Below, piece by piece: positions 23,858 through 37,662 of a stretch of 64,000 nt of DNA. The DNA is from Lytechinus pictus. Its lineage: Eukaryota. Numbering within the stretch: position 1 is the first letter of the stretch; every line of letters starts with the position of its first letter. The notes under the pieces are model-generated. The model ran no database searches. It had not been told where the DNA came from and saw nothing but the letters and a program-made list of their open reading frames with translations. The translations under genes were made by a program, and so were the position numbers. The DNA is taken from contig NC_087251.1 of assembly GCF_037042905.1 (NCBI RefSeq), positions 21,826,001 through 21,890,000 of the forward strand. Direction: 5' to 3'.

Positions 23858-26800
23858 ATCAAATTATACCATGATGAATTATTTGGGGATAAATATAATG
23901 ATTTTGTAATGATTTAAAATGATCACTTCATGCCTTTAACCCGACATTTCACTTCATACTTCAGTTCCATGTTTTTGAGATGGCTCTTTTCAGCCTTTAC
24001 CTTCTCATTTTTGAGTGATATGATAATAACAAGCATGTCATGAATTATTGATTAAATTCTATGCAACACAATAACATAATAAGTAATCTATATTCCTACT
24101 GATCATTGTGTCAACTAATATGATTAGTTGCGGTGGATTTTATGCATTTATGACAAACATCCATTAGTGTAGGCTATATGGGAATGGAATAGCCATGAGA
24201 TCTCCATCATGTCTTTTTAATATCAAACTCTAACTGAATGATGATGAGTTATATTATGTCAGATCATAAAGAGGTTTATTGGAAAATAATAAATCAAATT
24301 TATCCCTAAAAGGATAACTGTTTTATATTTCTATTAAATGAATAATTCATGCTTTTGAGCTTATAGTGTTTTATGATGAACTAAAAATACAATAAACCTG
24401 AAAAACACTTGAAAATACATTTCATTATTTATTTGAATAACCAAAGCATAACACATTTTGATAATTTGATAATTAAAAAAAACAGGATTCATAAGGAATA
24501 CAATGCAATGCATTAATTGGATAACAAATAATTGAAATTAAAAATTGTAGAAAAAATGAGCTCACAGCAGAAGATTCTAAGATACTATACTATCTTTTAA
24601 GTGCTTTTTCTAAGCCATTCATTGCAATTGAACAGTTTCCTACATATCTGAGAAGGATTCCCTTCCTTTCTTCTGCCTTTGCTTGAGTAGAAGAAGATGA
24701 TAACATCCTAAAGCTTTTCTTCCTCTTATCTGTAATGGATTTTAGGATACTTAGAATATCATTTCGAAGTAAGTGGGAAAAATAATCTGGTGGATTGAAT
24801 TTTTGTGATGAGTTGAATTGTTTCATTCAAGATTTCACCAATACCCAGCTGGGATTTTGAAACAGTTATTATTTTCCATTTTCTGTATTTATTTGAGGAA
24901 GACGAAGAAATTGTAAAAGAGGGGTACTACTAAGCAGGGAGATTTTCTTATTCCTATGTGAAATCAATGAGGAAATGTATATACATGTATATTATGGGGG
25001 AGATTTTACCTAGGGGGCACCAAGATGGGCTTTTACTATCCTGATTTCATGCATCTTCATTGATACCCCCACCCCTAAAAGTGTTGAAATTTCGGACATT
25101 ATTCTATCTTTTTTAAATTAATCTAGGGTAATAAATAGCAATTATTACCGAGAGTGACTAGAAGATTATATTCACAGATAAGTCTCTCCATGTTTCTACC
25201 AACTTGAAAATAACCCCTTTGTTTTTCTTACAATTCCAAGTATAATTGGAACATAATTAAACTATCAGGAGGCCTCAGTATTTGGAACTTTCCCTTAAAA
25301 AATCATATTCATGGCATGTTCAAGTTTTACAAACTTTTCATTTTCAAAGGAAAGGGGTAAGACCCCTAATAGTCTTTGATCCTTAGATAGGCTTTTGACC
25401 ATAGACCATTATCATGTATACAGATCTACACATAAACATCTGTCAAGTCAGAATCACCCAATTAGGGATCATCATTGTACATGTACTTCATCTGTAATTT
25501 TTAAAATCAAATTCTAACTTTTGCAACATCAAAGGTAACCTATTTCATTGATCTCTCTAGAGATACAGTATGTATGAGTATTTTGCCATGTTCTCTTTTT
25601 TGGGATGAGAACCTCTTTTACTATGTTTACAATATTATGCTAGGTTATCAAAACCAGTTTCTGAAAATTATTTTGAAAGACAGTTCAAAGTGAAGCCTCC
25701 GTACTAGCCTAAAGAAGTCAGAGGCATGAACATTTATCAAAGGCACTTGAAAGTACTTATGAAAGTTGCTTTGGAAGTTCTGAGTGATGGACTATTTAGA
25801 GGTGGATGCGTGTAAATCTCCTTACTCTGTCTTAGTGGAAGTCATCACCTGGGATTGGTTTTATGTGATATTACATGCACAGATTGATGGCACCACGTGA
25901 GGTCTTGGCAGGTTTGGTTCAGAACCTGAACCCTAACATTCATTTCAATCCGCTCATTCACTTTGATTTTTCATCATTTCTGCTCTGCTACCCATGTGTT
26001 TCTGTCTGTCAGTCTGTTAGCTTATTCCTAAACTGCATCGATGAAGCAACCGAGCATCAATGGTAATTTGCAGTAAAAGAAATACCAGAATGTGTGGGCG
26101 GGGCATCTGCACCGTGGATATCATAATTTCATCAATAGTTAAGCTGTGAAGTGACAAATTTGCGGCAGCGAGCGGAATCTTTGTGAGAAACGAACTTGTT
26201 CTTCTGAATATTGCATGATTTACACTTGGCGGAAATCATTTTCATCATCAATCTTTGTCAATAGAAACAGCTTGGATTTCATTGGCAAGAGAGTAAAAGA
26301 GGTCACACCTACATGAAATCATGCAGTAATTGAGTGATAACATACTTTTGTTATCTTCTGAGAAGAGCAAACTATCGCAAAATACAGATTGATTGGAACT
26401 CATGACATGTCCACCATGGGAAAGAATGATGTACTTTGCATTGCAGGCGTTCAAAAAATTCACTCCCTACAGACTTGCAACTTAATTAAAATTCTTGTAA
26501 GAAAGAATCCAGGAAAGAAGCAGAAACTCCAAACACCTTGTCTATACATTCTATTATCACGACTGCCCCCATCACCAGACAAGAAGTCATGTTTTATTTG
26601 CCAAGTAGCCCCCTCTATCAATATTATCCCAATGCAGACCTGGTAAACATCAGGCTTGTAAGGACCTACAGTGAAGGAGACCACATTCACAGTTGTGTCT
26701 CTCTTTATCTCGAGGGAGAAGCAGAATCATGATGTCCGTCTTCAATCCTAGCATGACTTTTGAAAGGAAAACAGCCGACGACCTAATTTGAAGATGGCAG

Positions 26801-27134
26801 GACAAATTTGCGGAGGTTTAGTAGTATTTTCTCATAATGCCTAATACAAACATCATCCTGAGAATTCTCATATCCTCTTCTTACAGGTTGCGGAGATGTA
26901 GTCCAAAGAAAAAAGAAGAAGTCATTTTGCTTCTTGGATAAAAAGTGTGTCATGTCTCTGACTAGACTTGTAATGAATATATGTTTGTGCTTCATATTGC
27001 TTTTAAGAGAATTGATTAAATATATCAAAATGTCGTGCTACTTTGATCACATATTTTCTCAGTAAACATGTGTTCATCTAAATTTCCTGTTGAGAGGTTT
27101 CGTAGCAGGATTTCATAATTTAAGTCCAAATTTA

Positions 27135-27290
27135 AGTCCACACTACTTGGACTCTAGTACTAGTTGGTCTACTAGTTGGTCTTGTCCCACACAGTCTGAT
27201 ACTCACACCATGGTAGTTAAATCCATTTGGTCTACTACTACACATATATACTCTCATTAATTACCATTTGGTCCAATCATCACTCCAATA
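27135..27290. repeat. Degenerate (CCA)TTTGGTCTA/GTTGGTCT short-period repeat relic; a similar relic lies at ~33420-33560
   Basis: TAGTTGGTCT twice, CCATTTGGTCTA and CCATTTGGTCCA within 150 bp. Confidence 0.45.
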
Positions 27291-30200
27291 TACCCTAACC
27301 CTCTCGTGAACCAAAGTTGACAAGGCAATTTGTGTCGGGTGCCCACCTCACCTGCCTTCCTGCCCCCAAAATGGTGTTTCTAAGGCCATTTTCAAAAACT
27401 GCCCCGCCTTCCTGTGGACGTACTGCAGAGCTCTACAACCGCATAGGCTAATTGTTAATGTTGGCTACTAGTATACTGGTTAATTTTGCAAAGTGTTAGC
27501 ACATTCCCTAGATCCACAAATGTCCCATCTTTAATGCAATGAAAAATAAATGAAATACCAAAGAAAGTACTATACAGTCATGCCTCGAACATTGTTTATC
27601 TTCACCAGGTTACTTGGTCAAGATCAGTAATGTATATTGTACCTCCCTGTGTATATTTTGAACTTGATAAGCTCTTATTATTACACTAATTTTGCAATGT
27701 GTTGGAAATTCCCAATGGACACTCATATCACAATCTCCTTAAACTTTTAGGATTAAGCATTTGATTTTTATTGAATGGAACATACAACCCAACTGGCAAC
27801 CCTCCTCCTCAAGCAACCTTGTTTATCCTGAAACATGGTACATTCCAAAATTCAAAATTTTGGACAGTCAAGTTAAACTTACCAAATAGAAGTATTGGTG
27901 ATGTGTTTCTTTGTTTAAATCCACTTTGTGGCAGAATCCTAATCATGTTGGATGAACATTACACACTTTTGAATTTCATGGTTGCCTCAGGCAAGGGAGA
28001 TAATTTTGTCCATTAGAGAGAGTCTAACATGATTTGGATTAACATATTTTAATCTAAAAGGAAAACACTCTAAAATAGAATATACATTAAAGGACTGTAA
28101 AACAAAGTCACCACTTAAGTGAATAGATAAGTGTTTGAGACTTTGTGTTGTATGGTGCAAAAATGAGATAAGAGAAAAGGGGCAGGTCAAAATCATCTCA
28201 TCCTTCATAAGCTTCAAAAATACATATTTTTTATTAAAGATATATTTTCCACTGTATTCATAGTGACTTAATGATTTTATTCTATGGTAATCTTTAAGTA
28301 TAAAACTATACATTAGGGGGCTTAAATGGCTAAATTTGATATCTTTTGATGTCTTTGTCTCATAAAATAATGGCTAATATCTTCAATGAATAATGGATTT
28401 TCAATCAAATGCGGTGATTTTTTTCATTTGAGTTTTCTCCTCAAGTTATTTTGGGTCCTCTCATTCGTCTAATCCCCAAGATATGGGTGATCCCGTTAGG
28501 GTGAAAGTTCATCATGAAAAATATTGCCGTAGTCATATCCTGGATGATAAGATTACCTTGGTTAGTAAGAAAAAGAAGGGGTCATTATCCATAATAGCTC
28601 TTGCCTTGAATGCCGACACGATCCTTCATGATGGACATTAATGTCAAACTTGATAGGATGGGTGGCAGTATTTTTGTTGCTTATGTAGGCATTAGAGGCT
28701 ATTGATTGATTATCCCTTCACCTAGACGGATATTATCCTAGCTCATTTGATACGCTAATACATGCCAAGTGTACTTTACGCCCACCGTGCTTCCGCCTCT
28801 GTACAGATGCATTTCCGACTCACTTTTACTTTGCTTAATACCAAGATCATTCCAGTTTGACATTTGATGTAAAAATGTGTACGTTCTGCCCTGATTTTAC
28901 CCATAAAATTTGTGGATTTATTCTTATATATTATATGGTACCTGCTACCTTTGAATAAAATATATTTCATTCTCACTGTGGACTTGAGAGTACTAATCCA
29001 GAACCTGATTTAGAAATGTCACTTTCAGCGATAACTGTTCAAATGGAAAAAATTGAATGCATTAATCATGTACCTTCATGATTCATGAAGTTTAATATGA
29101 AGGTGTTGCTTTTGAATAAAACATTCATTACTTTACATGCATTACAGAGTTAAAGTGTTAATGCTGAATCTGATTTCCAAATGTCACTTTTTATCACTAT
29201 GTTCACATGAAGAAATTCAATGTTTTAATAACCTAGCCCTGTGGATCATGAAGTCTTAATAAGAACTCAAACTTTCTATCTGCATAGTAGAGTAGAAATA
29301 AATTACAATGAATATACCTAACATTAAAAAAAATTCAAAGCAAGTGGAATAATGCTAAACCAAGTAAAGTAAAAGGTTATTTTCATAGTTTTCAGAAATC
29401 TGATATTCTACTTAAAGATATTGGTATGAAAATAGTGAACATTGAAATACAAACAGCAAGTAACAAAGTTTTTATCCCCTTAGATCAACCTACTAGGTGT
29501 GTTTTTCTACCATTTTTACCTTTCAGAAATGTGACACCAAATCAAAATATCCTTTGAATCTATGATTGAATAAAAAATATAATTTTTTTGTCATGAGTGC
29601 ATCTGTGTCTATCACATTTTGCTTAAAATTTCAGTTCTGATTTTGAATATTCCCCTTATTTCAACATCATTCTTCATTGAGTTCTTTATTTCATCTGTGA
29701 CAGTACAGTACTAAGGTCACTGCTCTTGGAATTCAGACTGGCGCAATGGGAAGCAAGCTTTACTCTATTAATCCACTCAGTTGGACTCCGTTGTCGTGGT
29801 AAACAGTTAAATTTCTTGAGCTAACAAGACATCTGACAGAGCTTACTATCGGGCCTGGCTTATTTGGTGCATTTGCACTCAAATCAAGAACCATTTTCAC
29901 TGAATAACACCAAGGTGTGGAGATATCACGATTTTCATAAAGTCTGTCATCCTTGTATTGTGACCAATTGTCATTTTACTACATGGATTGATCACATGAT
30001 ATGGGGTTATTTCAGATGGGCTTTCTTTTTTTCAGTCAATTTTTATGTTATTGTGCCGGAATATAGTGCTGAAACTTTTTGAATTTTTTTTTCTGAAGGG
30101 AAATTTAATGTCAGCCACATTACAAAATGTTTCAGAACATTCTGATTTTTTTTTGTTCAGCAATAAGATTTATCAGCAGCTATCCATTCAAGCCCAAGTA

Positions 30201-33200
30201 GACATGCGGATGAACTATATAACTTTGAACATGAACATATTGCTCATATACTTATCAATAGAGGTTATGTTGTTGCCTAGACATATCATTCTTTAAAAAA
30301 AATCTAGTTGCAAAAGACAAGAGGAAATATTGCTATGCATCTATTGATTATTATATATAATTCAAGGTCTATTTCTAAAACCAGTTTTATTTATACTTGC
30401 ACTCTACCCTTTAAAGTTCACTTCATATTGAAATATATTAAACATTTTTCTATATTAACAGACTCTGATAAGAACTATTTTCTTCCATTTAGAGCAATTC
30501 TTTGTGCTTAACCTGATTGTATTTTCTGACTTTTAGATATAGGCTATATTAATAGTTCCATGACATTTAATCACTTGCTTCTTTTTGTGTCAATTTTTGT
30601 GTAGCCCATGCAATAATTCATTTTGGGGAAAGTGACACAGTTATTAAACCTTCCACTGAGATGAAGGTTAAGTGCCTTATCTTATTTATGCAGGCTGTTT
30701 ATCATATTTGGAGGTAATAAATATAAATGAGGAGGGAGGAGGGGGGTCATGTAAAGAAGCTGGCCTTTTGGAGTTACTGTTACCATGGTGATAAGAGGGT
30801 TACATTGTCATTTATCACTCTAGTCACCAATTATTGTAGGGTAGATAATGTTGAAAAATATATTTTTAAAAATAGTAGTAAGTGAGGCACAAGTGAATTT
30901 GTGAGTTTGTAATCTGGCATGAACACAACTTATAGAAGCTTAAATACAAATTATTCTTATTTTAACACACTTCATTGCATTGGGTAGGGACATGGTGTCA
31001 TTTTGAATAAGATAAGTTACCTTTGATTATGAAGTAGTGGAATTTAGTATGTTTTATTATTTGCATTTTGAATGAACAAATTGCAAATTGGAAGTGAATG
31101 TGGTAAAGTAACAAATGAAAAAAAATTGAATGTTCTAATAATTTATTCTTGGAAATCACTTGCAAAATGATGCCTAATGGTCATGTACTATACCAATTTT
31201 CAAAAATGGCAAGTTTTTCATGGTTCATGATGATTTAATATTTTATTGTTGTCATTAAAGAAATGACATAATGTGTTTAATAGTATTCTGAATAAATAGG
31301 TAAATAATTTTCAATTTTCAGAGAAGATGACAATTTGTGTTCTTCATATGAGATTTGAAATCAATACAATATTGAAGTCCGTAACAATGTTACTCTTTTA
31401 TTTTTTCTAAAGTTTCTTCATTGCTTCTTCCACTGATCTGCCTTTATAAAAAACAAACTTGATTTCAGCATGAACTCCCACTTTAATGCATGGGGACATT
31501 GAGAGGAAAAAAACATGGATTTACATGACGAAGGTGATAAAGGGTTGCCTGAGCTTCTTACCAGAGTTCCTTTGTCGGTGCAGCTAGACCTCTTCACCGA
31601 GGCTTAGCATCTGAGTGGTACTGCTCCAAGGACTTTCTCAAATTTTGGTCGAGAATCTTAAGGTGTGTGTCATTGAAACCCTAAGGTGGGTTAAAGAAGA
31701 TCCTATGCAGTGGTAAATCTATGCAGCCAATTAGCAGAGTGGGATGGGGAGGTGGGGGGGGGGGGGGCATTGGCATCAATCTGCAATCACGATATATTAA
31801 TCTAAGTCTCATCTATTCCTCTTTTTTTTACCCAGGCTTTAAAAACAATATCTGAGGATGACAGATATTCGGTGCAGAGGTTTTATTAATGATACAATTA
31901 AAAGGTCAAAAGACACTATAACATATATGTTTACAACTGTCAGGGAAAAGTAATTAGAAATGTATGATGAATGTAGGGTCAATGAGTAGGAAATGCTTTG
32001 ATAGGTCATTGAGCAGTAATTTGTCTTGTTGGGTTGTTTTCAAATGTCATGTTCTTAACCAAGTATAATAGACGTGATTGGATCCAATATTCAATCAATA
32101 CATATTTTTGTTCTAGAAAGGAAATAGTATGGTATTATAGTTCATTGACGTAAGTTGATTTAACCTTAAAAATTGTTTTAGCTGCCTCCGCCTTCCAAGT
32201 TGATGGTTTGAACTGCTATTAGACATCAAATATTATCAAGTGCTATATTATACTAAATGATTAAATTCACCTTTGGTTCTCTTGTCTGGATCCATCCTAA
32301 CACTGTCCCTACTGGAACATGGTTGTCCATTTACGAATCCTATGGAACTACAGAATTCAGTAGTTTGCAGGTTTAGTAAACATAATTAATTTTTATAAAG
32401 TGTAACTCAATTGATATTGTATTGTACACAATTGTGATATCATTACATGGTTGGTAGTTTAATTTCTATTTTGTGTAATCCATAGAAAATGAAAAGTAAT
32501 GTTTTCAGCTCTTAAAGTGTAATATGTTTTGATAGATAAGTAGATTTAATCAGAAATATTGGGTAATGTTTGCAGTGTTAAAATAGCATATCCTTGGAAA
32601 ATTCACGTGACGCATCTCGCCATTGACTGTATGAAAGATGCAATGTGCATTGACGTAGTATACCTTCTGATGTACCTATTTGTATACCTTGACAGCTTTG
32701 GGTGAAGGAGTTTCTTTTTTTAGGAAAGCATTACCTCACACCTGTCATGGATTCACATGTAAAGAAAGATCTATTAACCCTTTGGTCACAGGAACTCAAA
32801 AGGCCATATGATGAAATATTGAGGAATTGAATTCTGAATAGATTTTATAGTCAATGGCTTAGCTCACCCCCAAATCCGTAAGATAACCTCTTGAAAAAGG
32901 TGGATCACCCATACATACCTAAAGTCCCGTGACTTTGGTCCACCATCAGTATTCACCTCTTCGTTTCTATCGATCCATTCCCAACAACTCTGGACGAAAA
33001 AATTGTCATCATAACGTCAACTAGTCATTAAAGGAGTGAACTGCGGTGGAAAAAATAAATCTTGTGGACATCTGCTTGCACTGTGCTTGCTGTTGTACCC
33101 TGACCCCATTTTCTTTTTCAACCAAAGTTTGTGGCAGGAACCAAAGCGTAAACGAACACCCATAAATAAATCTTTGGCTCATCTGATCTAAAGCATGTCA

Positions 33201-35129
33201 GTATTATGCATCTAGCCTCTAGTTCTGTGCTTGGATCCATAAAATATGATTCATTTTTGACTGGGAGGGAGAATTTATGAGGAAAGGCTACAAACTTGCC
33301 TCTGACATAGGTTGCATTTAGTGGGATGCATTAGTAGGATAAAATAATCCTGGTTTCATCTTTACACTTACTTCACATCTACTTTAGATGGAAAACTACT
33401 AGAGTTTACATGTTATGGAATTTCTATTTGGTCTAAGTCCATTTGGACCCATCAAACATGATCTGACCCCATCATATCAGCAGCCAGTTTATTCAGCATT
33501 GAAGTCTAATTGCCCACTTGCTTACTAACTATTTTGATTGATATCCAGTTAGTCCTCTGATACAAATGTTGTACCTTTCTGACAACTATCTGCTGATTTG
33601 ATCTTCATTTGAATTGAATTAGTCAGTGAAAAAAAGCAAAAGGTTAAATATTTACACAAATATCATTCTGCTTTTGACCACATTGGAAACTCGTCGAATC
33701 GTTCATTTTGATAGATTCATTATCTTAATAAGTAAATGATTTTATAATATAAAATAGTGAAATATATAAAGATTATTGTCATCTGATATTTAACCATTCA
33801 AATGCTGATTCTTTTCCTGGAAAAAATATCACATTTGGCATTTGCAATAAAAGGTCACAGGTACTTCTCTTATATCTAAAAAATATAGATGACATCATAT
33901 TGCCGTATTTTTCTGTGAGGATTAAAACTCTTCAAAGTTCAAGGGATTCTGCTGGTCAGTGTGTTCATTTGAACAATATTTGCTAGTTCAATACTTCAAC
34001 TTTATTGAATCTCACTTGTAATTGGGACATTTGCAATCAATTTCTCATCAAACTCTCGGGATGGTAAACAACCACCAAATAAGCTTCAAACATTTTGCAG
34101 CATGTCTGTAATTCAGTTACCAAATATTTTATCCAGCAAATGAATGTCCCAGCTTAGTTGATGATTTTATATAAAAAAAGTAAGGGGAATAGAGAGAGGG
34201 AGAGAGAGAGAGAAGGGGGAGTGGGAGGGAGGTAGAACAAATATTGAGTTGTTTACAATATTTGTTGTTCAGCCATCCAAATATGGAGTAATTAAGGTAT
34301 TTCATTTACAAGCCTGGAATTAAATTTTATTAAATGCCCCTTCTTTCACCTTTTGTCTTCTCATGAATCTTTTAAGTTTGTTGAGGTGGTTTCAAATGCT
34401 CAGAGGCTTAATCATAGAGGTTCCCCATGGTTTATATGACTTGAGGGTGAGGTGAATTGCTATTGAAATCATATTGTGTGATTTGTATATTGTATTAGAC
34501 ATGTTAGATATATGAATAAAGTCCCTCCTTGAGGTTAAAAGAAAAAAAAATATATTTGCCATATTCATGAATTAGTTGCCTTCAAAGTCAGTCTTTTGAT
34601 TGTTAATGCCCATAGGATTAAAAAAATTGATTATTATCATCATAGTTGATCATGGTTCAGTTTTAAAATTAATTCGTATAACAGAAAGTTATTCTACATT
34701 CTCTTATGAATGATAAATGCTTCTTAAATGTTGGCATCTCAAACATGAAACTAACATCTTTTTTGTAAGTTGACCCCCACAGACTAGTTAGCATTAAGTG
34801 TATTTTGTTGATGTAATTGTAATAGAAGAACATTGTATGAATGCATTATCTACTTACTTATATTCCATTATTTTATTCCCATGTGTAAATCTCTTCCATA
34901 GAGTGATGTGATGATGGAATGCTGGACAATATTGATACTCTTAGTAAATTGGTGGTGAGCATAGAAGTTAATCAAGGGTAACTAATATGATATCAAGAAT
35001 AGGTTTGGTAATGGCAAATGAAGGACATTTCAATGAAGAATACAATCTATGAGAGTGGTTGGAAGATTCAAGGTGTACATCATCTATTGAGAACCAATAT
35101 GTTAACATTAGATGGAAATTTAAAAAAAT

Positions 35130-35328
35130 ACAAGCCATCACACATGAGTGACGTCATTGACTCTCTCATTTGAATATCACTGACCTTTTGTGAAAAGTAA
35201 GCGAAACTTTATGTCATAACTTTTTTTTTTTTTTTTACAAATTTTTATGAAATTTTCAGCATTATGCTTGTTTGATTTTTCTATATTGATTTAATTCAAC
35301 ATTTTTTTGGTTGGACTTGACATTTTAA
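35130..35328. mobile_element. Right-hand part of a Kolobok-like (TTAA-flanked) non-autonomous element
   Basis: TGACGTCA...TCATTTG..TAT...GTCATAACTTT...TGAAATTTTCAGCATTATGCTTGTTTGATTTTTCT...GGACTTGACATT|TTAA is a recalled abundant sea urchin MITE end. Similar CT|TTAA or TTAA|AG ends occur near 31485, 15737 and 29412. Confidence 0.6.
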
Positions 35329-37490
35329 TTCAATTTCAAATTATTTAAATATTGATTTGGTACACTTCTTTGATTTGTTTCTGTATTGATCCCTTGAAGT
35401 CAAGTGTTCATTCTTACAAAAGAAAGTATTAACCAAAATATATGATAATAAACACCCACATTTACTACCTATTAAAATAGTAAATATCTAACTTTAAGAG
35501 GGTATGAAATGTTCAGTTTTTATAAACTTGAAAGATAATGCATTTAAAATATTTGTTTCATTACTTATAAGAATTATAAATAACTGAACTGGTTTTACAG
35601 ATATAACCCAGTGAATTAAGGCAATATGATTTGTTGTAAGCCTCCGCTTCATACAGATTTTGGGATAAAATAAAAGTAATTTGAAGTGTGGCTGCTAATG
35701 GTTTTAATACAATTCTGAATTATTATTAGACACCATATAAAAAACTGTCCCTATTCAGTCTTACTTACATACAGCTTTGCCCCATATAACTTTGCCCCAC
35801 GAATATAAAGCAAAGATGATGTTTTGTCTGGGTGAATGAAAATTAGGACGTTCAAGCTCATGTGGTGAACGAGCTTCTAATTTGATTACAAGAGAGCCGC
35901 TAGCAATCCTTCTCGCCAAATATTTAGTAATAATCTGATTTTGTTCATTGCTTGATGGCTATCTAGCATGATTGGGTCTGATGACTATCCGCGCGCCGTG
36001 GTTCCTCTCCCTATTCATAACTACATATCTCTGGGACTCATCCTACATCACTCTTTCTGTTCAACCCTGGCTCGGTCTTTCTCTTTTATAGTTACTTTCT
36101 TTCCTTTAACTCACTTTCTACTCCCAACCCATCACAGAGTATTTCCAGTCTAACTTACAGGAATTTAAAATGACACAAGATTGGCTGCAATTAATAGTGA
36201 TAATTTGAACCTCTTACTTTGAAATGAACCTTAAATAATTTTGGTTCAAACATTCCAGATCCAATGCTGAATCCAGGTTTGGAATGTGCAATTTTCTCAG
36301 CTAATCCATATTTATTTATTCTAAAATAAAAATAAAGTCTCCTTATGTTTCTGATAGTATTACTTTAACAGCCATATCCCCGAAGCTACAAGGTATCTGC
36401 TTTTCATTTTCATCACTCTCTTCGTACTCTTTCTCTCTCCCTCCTTCCCTCTCTTATGCTCTATCAATCTCCCAACTTCTTTCTATCTCCATTCCTTACC
36501 TCCTACCTACTCCCCTACTCTCTCTCTATTTCACTTTTAGTCACCAGCCTTGGGCTGTGCACAGCTCCTAGTAATAGAGACACGATTCATTGTTGATGAG
36601 CCACTGAACATAATTGATATTTTTAGCCATAAAAAAAAGAGGTAAAAATAGAAGTGGTGTGTGGAGAAGGAACTGTCATAAGCTAAGCCAGTATACGTGG
36701 ATGCTCTCTTAAGTGGGCAGGTAGTACAAAAGCTACCAGATGTGGCTTTATTACAGAGATTCAAGATAGGGCTCATGTCCCATGTCAAAAGCTCTGAGCC
36801 ATTTGAGCCTGTAATGCCGAGGTGGCAGCTCATCATTGAGCAGGGCGGGAGACGTGCGATGGGTGAAGCTGGTGGCCCCTAACGACTATTGACATTCTGA
36901 ATCCCTCCTTTAATGATGTAGGCTGACCCAGCCTCAAGACAATCTTGCCAGATCTAAAAAGACATTCACTTCATGAAAAATCATGTGAGTGATGTCCTTC
37001 TGTCACGCTGCTGATAATGTATATGGGTAAGGGCCAGGGATTGGATCGAAATGCAAAGTTTAAGACATCAGAAGAAATTGGGACAGGGATAAGTCCTGAC
37101 AAGCATGAGAAAGAGTAATAGAATTTGCCATTTTTAGGTTATGATGAAGTTGCCTGAAAGCTCATTGCTCTATTTCATTCAGGAGATAACTTTCAGGGAT
37201 GAAATATTTAAGCTGGGACAGACAAATGGCATTTGAGCGTATTCTCTTTCGCTATATTTCCAGTCTATTCGAGAAGAGGACCATATTGCTATGCAGCAAG
37301 CAACGTGTAATGCAGAAAAAAAGGAACAAAGCAGTCCAATATCAGATGGCTTCTTGCTAACATGTTTTTCTGAGCCTTTAAACTATTGAACATCTTATCT
37401 TCAACAAATCACCACTTTTTATAATTGGGCAGAGATTATATCCTGTGTATTGTAATACAGTGTACAATCATTGGCTTAGCAACATTTCTG

Positions 37491-37662
37491 GCGGGTGTTT
37501 CATAAAGCTGTTCGTAAGTTAAGAGCAACTTTAAGAACGACTGGTGATCCCTTCTTGTGGTAAGTGGTATATTCATTGGCGATGGTTTAGCACGTAAGAA
37601 AGGTTCACAAGTTGTTGTTAAAGGTCGCTCTTAACTTACGAACAGCTTTATGAAACAGCCCC
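37491..37662. mobile_element. Hairpin MITE (172 bp) with long TIRs and CTG/CAG flanks
   Basis: TGTTTCATAAAGCTGTTCGTAAGTTAAGAGC versus GCTCTTAACTTACGAACAGCTTTATGAAACA is a perfect 31-bp inverted match, with further imperfect pairing inward. Confidence 0.9.

Noticed and set aside
26035..26055. GCATCGATGAAG, resembling the conserved 5.8S rRNA motif
   Set aside because: Only 12 nt match and the flanks show no 5.8S sequence or rDNA context.
26106..26123. RE1/NRSE-like TCTGCACCGTGGATATC, and a half-site at ~37712
   Set aside because: There are several mismatches at core positions, and a canonical REST/RE1 system is not established in echinoderms to my knowledge.
27294..27303. CCCTAACCCT, also TTAACCCTAA at ~9867, as interstitial telomere repeat
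   Set aside because: Fewer than two full units; chance or a transposon end is more likely.
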